A stretch of DNA of 64,000 nt, taken from NCBI GenBank assembly GCA_964515295.1, contig CAZETW010000001.1, positions 367 through 64,366 of the forward strand, written 5' to 3'. The stretch is from an uncultured bacterium. GTDB taxonomy: Bacteria; Zhuqueibacterota; QNDG01; CAYUAG01. The stretch's first letter is position 1, and every line of letters begins with the position of its first letter. The position numbers were made by a program, and so were the translations under genes. Shown in pieces: positions 57,404-64,000 of this stretch. The notes beneath the pieces are model-generated. The model was not told the origin of the DNA. It was given only the letters and a program-made list of their open reading frames with translations, and made no database searches.

Positions 57404-60334
57404 TTACTCATATTCTCTGTACAGCAGCACCATAATCCGTCTGTTTAGATAACGACCAACAGGTGAACTATTATTACCAATGAGTTTCTCTTCTCTTCCC
57501 CGTAACTTTAAACGAAGAGGAACATTTTCACCAAAACCTTCCGGTTCATCAATTCTTCTCCATAAATCCTGATAATTCTGAGGATAATTATTCTTTACCC
57601 GCTGTTTGAAGGCATCGGTAAAACGTTGTGCCCGCCGATATGATAACCGTTCATTTACCTGATCAGAACCGATCTCACAGGCATGCCCCTCAAATTTTAC
57701 CCTCATATCAAAGTTACGGGCTAATTCTTCTGCAATAATCATCAGACGGTCCCAGTAAAACTGATAGGTCGGTTCTGCTTTTGCAAATTTTGCAGCACCA
57801 AATACTTCTCTTTTTCGTATAGTTCTTTTTTCTTTCAAATACATGGTTTCTGGATGAGTATAAAATTTTCTTCCTATACTGTCAGTCATTACCAGAGAAA
57901 ACTCATACTGCCGGTTTCGTTTAACTAATTTGCCGCTTTTTCCTGTACCATCCCATTTAATAACCCCCTGTAATGAATCTTCACTAATAAATCCTTCAGG
58001 ATTAAATGTTACAATGTCTGAACGTTCACCTAAATACCACTGTTCAACTCCGGTAGGTGTAACAATATTAACATCAATATTTATTATATTTCTCATAGTG
58101 GTGTCAACCGGCACAGTTAAGGGACCAAAAACTTTCTCTTCATACTTCTGGTCAGTTTCAAAAGCAACAACCCTGTATTGCTGCATGATCATTTTCGCAT
58201 CCTGGGGATCACTGGGTATTCTTCTGTCTCCCTTGATCTTCTCAGAATGATCATACTGAATATTTAACTGAGATTCCGGAGCTCCCAGGTCTGTCAGGAT
58301 TTCTTTAACAGATTCAGCTCGTCTGTCTGCCAATTCAACATCCTCTTCACCTGTCAGCTTATCTATTGAACCTTTAATGCTTAAAGTAATATCCGGATTA
58401 TTCTTTAATCTTCTTGCTATTACAACTAACGCTGGTTCCGGTACCTGACTTTGATCATAATATTCCTTAGATACTTTATCCGAGAATGGCTCAAAATAAA
58501 TATGAGGCACGATTGGGATATCAGTTGAATCATAGCCTGTTGCCATTACTTCTACTGTATCAGGGAGAGTAAACTTTCCTTTGGGAATAGAATATAATAG
58601 CTGATTCAATACATTATTAGCACTGTTTACCTCCAGATCCATATTGACCGGTCTGACTGTACCTCTGATCCTGTGCTTTCCTGGCTTGGATGTTTCCCAC
58701 ATAAAAGAAATTGTCGTATCTTCTCCTGCTGACAACCCATTACTTTGTACATTATGAATTTCTGTCTCAACAGTTTTTTCTGAAGAATCATTTTCAAACA
58801 CATCAAAGATTTTCATACGGAATCCGATTGTACTTCTCACACCAATATTTGTAATTTTAAAAGAGATCATACCCTGCTCTGGTGTGGTGGTTATCCATTT
58901 TTCCGGAATAAAATTAAAATCTCCTACAGCTAAATCATGGGTGGCAATTACAAACCGGTTAACATAAGAAACACGTTTACCGCCCTTTTGAGCTAACTGA
59001 ACATGCTTACTTAAATCATAGGCAGCAACTGCCCAGTAATAAATTCCCCCCTCATTAACCTGCAGAGAACATGAAGTATCAGCAGTAGACATACTGAAAA
59101 ATAAAGAACCGATCAGATCAGAACTTACAAAATCGCTGAAATTCCTGGAGATCATAGATACTGCTTTTTCCACAAGAAGACTATCCTTACTTACCATAAC
59201 ATAGTAATTCACCTGATCAAATGGATCCGGATCATACGAATTTTCCCAGTTCAGCCTGACAGTTGATGACTCATCCAATACCAGGGAAGAAGAAATATAC
59301 GGTGTCATTATTTTAAAAGGTTCTGGTGCAAGTGGGTAGTGAATGATTGAACCCCGATAACTGCTTTCCAGAGCCTCTCCATAACCAACATTGGCAAAAT
59401 CTATATCAAAACCATCCCCATATCTTGTATTTAGCTTTAAAAATGAACTCAATATATCATCACATCTGAATCCTACCCCAAAACTGAAATCTCCCAGGTC
59501 ATCACTGTTAAATTTATATCCTGCCCGTACTCCAATCATATCATGCCACCAGAATTCAGTACCTAAACCCACCATCCATTGTTTTTCTTCAATCTGGTTT
59601 ACATCCACTCCAATAAGCATACTGCTAATTTTATATTTTCCCAGGAGCAATGATGCACCAAAACGTTTGGTCAGAGGTAATGAAGTTTTCTGTTTATCAA
59701 AGGTAATGTCTGGCCCAACGTTTAAAAGGGAGGCTCCAAAACTAACAATCCCAAAATCAAATATACTGGTATTAATTTTAAAACGCTCAGGCCTGACAAG
59801 AACTCCAATATCACCAGCATAAGCAGTGGATGAATACGTATCAAAATTGGTGGATATATATTTCACTGAAGCTCCGATAGATATCATTCGACTTAACCAA
59901 TCCAGCCTGTATCCCAGAGAGAACATCCCTACCAAATGATCAGCACTGACTTTAGGCTGCATCCCGTCTGTTGCATCCCAGGGAGGCATTCCCAGATAAT
60001 TAATTAATACACCTAGTGAGGTTTTTCTGCTCCCTAAAAATCTGAACTGTTTGCAAAATCCGATATTAGCCTGATAAATATCAGCAAACCATTTATTATA
60101 AGATACGCCCCACTGCCATCTTCTTATATGTCCAAGACCTCCGGGATTCCAGTATATAGTAAAAAGATCATTGCCAACACCTGTAAATGCATTTCCCATC
60201 CCCGCTTGTCTCGCTCCCAATCCAATTTTTAAAAATGGAAGTCCTGTATTTTGCTGAGCAGATAAACAAATAGGAAATAAAATAATACTCAATAGTATTA
60301 CACTTACCAGTATATTTTTCTTCTTCATTGTCAT
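57404..60334 (-). CDS. 976-aa outer-membrane protein: N-terminal FadL/PorV-like beta-barrel, FN3/CARDB-like middle, two C-terminal OmpA-like peptidoglycan-binding domains
   Basis: Signal peptide. FadL/PorV-type N-terminal motif LKIGLGARQAGMGNAFTGVGNDLFTIYWNPGGLG with alternating amphipathic strands through ~aa 330. OmpA-C-like blocks LADRRAESVKEIL and ERLSYRRAQRFTDAF. Ends in an aromatic residue. Confidence 0.55.
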   Translation of the reverse strand: MTMKKKNILVSVILLSIILFPICLSAQQNTGLPFLKIGLGARQAGMGNAFTGVGNDLFTIYWNPGGLGHIRRWQWGVSYNKWFADIYQANIGFCKQFRFLGSRKTSLGVLINYLGMPPWDATDGMQPKVSADHLVGMFSLGYRLDWLSRMISIGASVKYISTNFDTYSSTAYAGDIGVLVRPERFKINTSIFDFGIVSFGASLLNVGPDITFDKQKTSLPLTKRFGASLLLGKYKISSMLIGVDVNQIEEKQWMVGLGTEFWWHDMIGVRAGYKFNSDDLGDFSFGVGFRCDDILSSFLKLNTRYGDGFDIDFANVGYGEALESSYRGSIIHYPLAPEPFKIMTPYISSSLVLDESSTVRLNWENSYDPDPFDQVNYYVMVSKDSLLVEKAVSMISRNFSDFVSSDLIGSLFFSMSTADTSCSLQVNEGGIYYWAVAAYDLSKHVQLAQKGGKRVSYVNRFVIATHDLAVGDFNFIPEKWITTTPEQGMISFKITNIGVRSTIGFRMKIFDVFENDSSEKTVETEIHNVQSNGLSAGEDTTISFMWETSKPGKHRIRGTVRPVNMDLEVNSANNVLNQLLYSIPKGKFTLPDTVEVMATGYDSTDIPIVPHIYFEPFSDKVSKEYYDQSQVPEPALVVIARRLKNNPDITLSIKGSIDKLTGEEDVELADRRAESVKEILTDLGAPESQLNIQYDHSEKIKGDRRIPSDPQDAKMIMQQYRVVAFETDQKYEEKVFGPLTVPVDTTMRNIINIDVNIVTPTGVEQWYLGERSDIVTFNPEGFISEDSLQGVIKWDGTGKSGKLVKRNRQYEFSLVMTDSIGRKFYTHPETMYLKEKRTIRKREVFGAAKFAKAEPTYQFYWDRLMIIAEELARNFDMRVKFEGHACEIGSDQVNERLSYRRAQRFTDAFKQRVKNNYPQNYQDLWRRIDEPEGFGENVPLRLKLRGREEKLIGNNSSPVGRYLNRRIMVLLYREYE

Positions 60335-60343
60335 TCCCTATTT

Positions 60344-63271
60344 TCAGCGAATCAAAATAAATTTTTGATATTTATTATAACCGCCTGATGAAATGATAGC
60401 TAAATATATACCGCTCCCTACAGGTTTACCTTGTTCATTAGTCCCATCCCAGGTAGTAAAGTTCCATCCGGCAATTCCCGGTTTATCGTAGACATTTTTC
60501 ACAAAATGTCCAGCAATATCATAAATATTTACCTCTGCAGAACGATTGGAACTCAATTTAAAATGTAAACCAAGTTCATTATGTTCTGATGGTTTATATG
60601 TATTATAGTCCAGATAAAATTTATTACTGCTGGCAATAGTGACAAATGCCGTATCATAGTAAGAAACATGCCAAAAATCTTCTGTTTTTATAATAAATCC
60701 TATTTTTTCTTTTTCTGACGAAGTTACCATGCGGGTATCTTTAAAAATAGGAGATAATTCTGCCCATTCATCTGGCTCAAGTGAATTATGTTGAATAAAA
60801 TTATCCCAATATGTATTTTCTGTACTTCCATCACCAAATAAAACAATCATATCCCAGCTGAAAATTTTTATAGGAGTCATTACAGAAACCTGTATACTGT
60901 CAAAGGGTTCTATTTTACCCGGGACAGCCATAACCTGCGGACTGGGAGGCACAATCCCCGCAGCCCAGACTGTATCCTGAGCAGTGTTATTATGATATAT
61001 CGTATCATCAGCACTGCTGATCATCACTGTATTGATTAATGGCTCGTCCCAGGGAGGCATAAATGTATCAACTTTACAGGTATACACAAATTCAACAGTA
61101 CCACCATTAGAGGCAACCTCCTCAACATGCCACATCAGACTGTCATCTGAAAAAGAATATGCGACTGGAAAATCGACTAATGTTACTTTTTCCGACAGCT
61201 TATCCTTGACTGTTATATCATGACAGGTTAATTGTCCATTATTAACTAATCGAACCTGATACTCAATAGTATCTCCGGGGTACACATACCAGGTGGAGTC
61301 ACTCCCGGAAACCAAAAGTGAATCTCCGATACCTTTCTTTTTAACAACAATATCCGGAGCGTTGAGAGGAACATAATATAGAGTATCGCTTGCACTGTTG
61401 TTTGACAATATCGTATCTGCCTTGGATTCTGTTATAACCTGATTGACAACAGGAAGTATATCCGGTATAAGCAAGGTGTCAATATAACATGTATATAAAA
61501 AACTCTTTTTATCTCCCCTCGATTCTAATCTGTCAATATTCCAAATGAGCGAATCCTCATATACAGTAAAGGACTCCGGAACATCGATCGGTTTAATAAA
61601 GGACGGTAATATATCCTTTACTTTAATATTATCACAGGGAAGCTCACCCTTATTTTTTATCAGAACATTATAGTAAAAGGTATCTGTTGAAAATATATAC
61701 CATAAAGAATCACCTTTTGATACAGCTAATGAATCACTGGTCGCTCTTTTGATAACCGTAAGATCCGGAGCTTTTAAGGGAGAATAATATACTGTATCAA
61801 TTGCAGTATTATTATAATCTGTATAATCCAGCGAATCAGGATAACATCTGATAGACACCGTATTTATTCTGGGCAATAGATGATTAGTAAAAACAGTATC
61901 AGCATAAAATTTACACTCCCAGCTTATTTTTTGCTGAGGTTCGATTGAAGGAAAATTCCATATAATAGAATCCCCGGTCACACTATCTGGTTCAATATCC
62001 GATTCAGAGAAAATAAAAGATCCTGGATAATAATCTGTTACAGAAAGCGGACCAACTATATTGGGTCCATTATTATAGGCAGTAATTGTATAGGTAACTA
62101 TATGATCAGTTACCGCAATATTGGCTGTATCGGAATCAGTAACTATAACTGAATCAGTAACAGAATTTTTGACAATCCCAATATCAACTGGAATAAAGGG
62201 AACCTGGTAATACCCCTGCCCCAGCCCTACTGTTGTATCATAATTAACTGTCACATCTACTGTACGCCAGGTACCGTTTCTCACTGGATCCGTTGTAGTA
62301 TGAGCTAAAACATAGTACCCTTGTATTAAACCATAAATCCCCAGGTAGATATCACCTAAATCCTCACCTGTACTTGTATAGGTATAATAGCCACCTGTTT
62401 TGTTAGCTATTTCAGTTAAAACATCTGTAGGTGACTCTTCTCCCAGACCAATAGTGAAAACAGGAATTTTGTTGTCTTTTGCATAATTAATAATATCCTG
62501 TTTTGAACGTCCCCCCTGCGCTAAATTTCTTCCGTCTGAATAAGCAATAACTGCTCTTCGACCTTCTTCTTCCACAGTTAATTGAAGCGCCTTATAAATA
62601 CCATCATATAATCTTGTTCCCCGCCAATATCTGTAATCCCTGTCAATTGCCTCGTTTAATAAGGTGGTATCACTGGTAAATTCCTGGAAAACTTCTACTT
62701 CACCGGCAAATTTAATGATACTGGTCCGGTCATCCTTGGTCATATTTCTGATATATTTCTTAGCAGATTTCTCTACAGTCTGTATTACATGAAACATACT
62801 TCCGCTGTAATCCATAGCCAGAGCAACTGATATTCCTTCTCCCTGGACATTTGAAACTTCAGTAACCATGTACTGAGGAGTCATATCCTTTGCATTTGGA
62901 TTCTCCGGAAAAGAAGGATTATATCTATGAAACTCCATAATATCTTTCCACACCTCATCAACCGTAAGACTGTCACCCCTCATAATGAAATCCTGAGGAG
63001 CAAGCCATTTGGAAGTATCGGCTAAACCATGAAAAAATAAATTGTTTTTTGTGTCTTTAATTTCAATTAAAGATAGAACTGGGAAGGGAAAGTCTGCTCT
63101 CAAATCACGATAAGATACTGTATCATTAATTGATATTTTTTTAAATATAATATCCAGTGTATCTACTTGAGAAAAACTAACTAAGGGGAATAGTACAATA
63201 CAAATTATAAATAATAATTTTGTATTATATTTATAAATTATATTTCTCCCTTTCATGAAATTTTCCTTCAA
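60344..63271 (-). CDS. 975-aa T9SS-secreted protein with vWA (MIDAS) domain and DUF11-type repeats
   Basis: Signal peptide. vWA with MIDAS VALAMDYSGSM...IAYSDGRN...TIGLG. Repeated DUF11-like units (TITAYNNGPNIVGPLSVTD...). C-terminal beta-rich tail NIYDIAGHFVKNV...GSGIYLAI is a T9SS CTD. The downstream 976-aa gene starts 10 nt after its stop. Confidence 0.7.
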   Translation of the reverse strand: MKENFMKGRNIIYKYNTKLLFIICIVLFPLVSFSQVDTLDIIFKKISINDTVSYRDLRADFPFPVLSLIEIKDTKNNLFFHGLADTSKWLAPQDFIMRGDSLTVDEVWKDIMEFHRYNPSFPENPNAKDMTPQYMVTEVSNVQGEGISVALAMDYSGSMFHVIQTVEKSAKKYIRNMTKDDRTSIIKFAGEVEVFQEFTSDTTLLNEAIDRDYRYWRGTRLYDGIYKALQLTVEEEGRRAVIAYSDGRNLAQGGRSKQDIINYAKDNKIPVFTIGLGEESPTDVLTEIANKTGGYYTYTSTGEDLGDIYLGIYGLIQGYYVLAHTTTDPVRNGTWRTVDVTVNYDTTVGLGQGYYQVPFIPVDIGIVKNSVTDSVIVTDSDTANIAVTDHIVTYTITAYNNGPNIVGPLSVTDYYPGSFIFSESDIEPDSVTGDSIIWNFPSIEPQQKISWECKFYADTVFTNHLLPRINTVSIRCYPDSLDYTDYNNTAIDTVYYSPLKAPDLTVIKRATSDSLAVSKGDSLWYIFSTDTFYYNVLIKNKGELPCDNIKVKDILPSFIKPIDVPESFTVYEDSLIWNIDRLESRGDKKSFLYTCYIDTLLIPDILPVVNQVITESKADTILSNNSASDTLYYVPLNAPDIVVKKKGIGDSLLVSGSDSTWYVYPGDTIEYQVRLVNNGQLTCHDITVKDKLSEKVTLVDFPVAYSFSDDSLMWHVEEVASNGGTVEFVYTCKVDTFMPPWDEPLINTVMISSADDTIYHNNTAQDTVWAAGIVPPSPQVMAVPGKIEPFDSIQVSVMTPIKIFSWDMIVLFGDGSTENTYWDNFIQHNSLEPDEWAELSPIFKDTRMVTSSEKEKIGFIIKTEDFWHVSYYDTAFVTIASSNKFYLDYNTYKPSEHNELGLHFKLSSNRSAEVNIYDIAGHFVKNVYDKPGIAGWNFTTWDGTNEQGKPVGSGIYLAIISSGGYNKYQKFILIR

Positions 63272-63442
63272 TTGATAAAAAAAAGAACTATATATATTTA
63301 TTAATTTTTTAAAAAATAATAATAATAAGTTTTAATGTCAAGCATTATTTTAATATTTTCGTAAACCATAATATAATCATTATCCTTTCATGGATCAATA
63401 AAAATAAATACATACAAATTGTTTTAGCAAATTCCATACCAT

Positions 63443-63483
63443 AAAAATAGCCCTGAGGGAATATTTCCACTCAGGGCTATTTC
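63443..63483 (-). terminator. Strong rho-independent terminator for the partial upstream minus-strand gene
   Basis: Perfect 13-bp stem AAATAGCCCTGAG / CTCAGGGCTATTT (63445-63457 / 63470-63482), 12-nt loop. On the minus strand it runs into TTTTTATGG. Confidence 0.75.
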
Positions 63484-63514
63484 GATTTATGATAGATGAT
63501 CAGAATTTCTAAAA

Positions 63515-64000
63515 TCAAAACATTCTGGCTATACTTACTCCGATAAAATAATCATCATATCCAGCCAGGGTATTCAGGGAATTAACCCATAAAGGATAAT
63601 TTTCTGATTTATTCTGTACAAAAGTATCTTCATTATAGGAAAACTTCAGGTTGAGATTTTTAGTCATATGATAAGATAATTCTGTACCGTAAGCCCAATC
63701 CTTTAATCCGATTTTGTAGGCAGTAAAAAAATTAATTTTAAAATTTTTTAAAATCCGCTGTTTATATTCTATTCCCAGATGAAAACCATCCACCCTGTTA
63801 AAACGGAAAAGAGGACTCAGTTTTTGTAATACATTATTCGAAACCTTACCCCCTTTTATTTCTGTAGTATCAGTACCGGAAACAATTGCTATTGTAGCTA
63901 AATCCGCCAGGAAGCCACGAGGCTTAAACGCTTTATCAAGGGTCATGGTACTGTCTAGATTTGTATATGCTTCTTTTTCATCCTCAGTTAAGGGGATTAC
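63515..64000 (-). CDS. Partial CDS (C-terminal part; start lies beyond window end): probable outer-membrane beta-barrel protein
   Basis: The ORF track starts it at Met 63946, but the frame stays open to position 64000 (..VIPLTEDEKEAYTNLDSTMTLDKAF..). Alternating hydrophobic pattern and C-terminal ...ARMF aromatic end. Confidence 0.4.
   Translation of the reverse strand, partial: VIPLTEDEKEAYTNLDSTMTLDKAFKPRGFLADLATIAIVSGTDTTEIKGGKVSNNVLQKLSPLFRFNRVDGFHLGIEYKQRILKNFKINFFTAYKIGLKDWAYGTELSYHMTKNLNLKFSYNEDTFVQNKSENYPLWVNSLNTLAGYDDYFIGVSIARMF

Noticed and set aside
1-64000. CRISPR arrays, tRNA/rRNA genes, integrases, transposases, phage genes
   Set aside because: No regularly spaced direct repeats, no tRNA-like cloverleaf-forming GTTCRA-containing segments in intergenic regions, and no recombinase-like ORFs were found on reading the window.

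Overview
This 64 kb window is AT-rich (GC looks roughly one-third by eye) and densely coding. Five proteins end in Bacteroidota-type T9SS C-terminal sorting domains (N-Y-P-N-P-F-N-P-x-T motif followed by a beta-rich tail), which points to a member of the FCB superphylum; the low GC and anaerobe-type genes fit an uncultured lineage such as Cloacimonadota, but that is only a guess. No rRNA, tRNA, CRISPR array, integrase or transposase was recognised.

Layout along the window:
- 1-18.6 kb: housekeeping genes. A plus-strand operon (thioredoxin-like, panB, membrane protein, CE4 polysaccharide deacetylase, TPR protein) is followed by an orphan response regulator. The minus strand then carries pckA, a GNAT acetyltransferase, tatA, pssA-psd, htrA-purB, tal, truA, ecfT, an M29-like aminopeptidase, and an M20 peptidase overlapping lysC.
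- 18.7-41.0 kb: a 22 kb co-directional minus-strand block of four very large T9SS cargo proteins of 1508, 1135, 472 and 2552 aa. A tightly overlapping five-gene cassette sits between the 1135-aa and 1508-aa cargo genes: AMP-dependent adenylating ligase, Orn/DAP-type PLP decarboxylase, GNAT/Fem-like acyltransferase, 77-aa carrier protein, PIG-L (LmbE/CE14) deacetylase. This looks like a carrier-protein-dependent aminoacyl or acyl tailoring pathway physically wired into the cargo operon. It is the most interesting candidate for a cargo-glycan (Vim-like) modification system.
- 41.2-43.7 kb: asd overlapping a class-I aminotransferase (lysine pathway context).
- 43.7-50.7 kb: an AAA/DUF4143 ATPase, a membrane-anchored SAM methyltransferase, and a glycan module (TPR lipoprotein, secreted protein, GT2 polyprenyl-phosphate glycosyltransferase, GT4).
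- 50.8-55.9 kb: priA, then larE-larB-larC (nickel-pincer nucleotide cofactor biosynthesis) with no larA in the window.
- 56-64 kb: a truncated DUF72 remnant; a 976-aa outer-membrane protein (FadL/PorV-like barrel plus two OmpA-like domains) co-operonic with a 975-aa vWA/DUF11 T9SS cargo; and a partial outer-membrane-protein gene at the edge.

Several clean intrinsic terminators and two unusual long-spacer inverted repeats are also visible.
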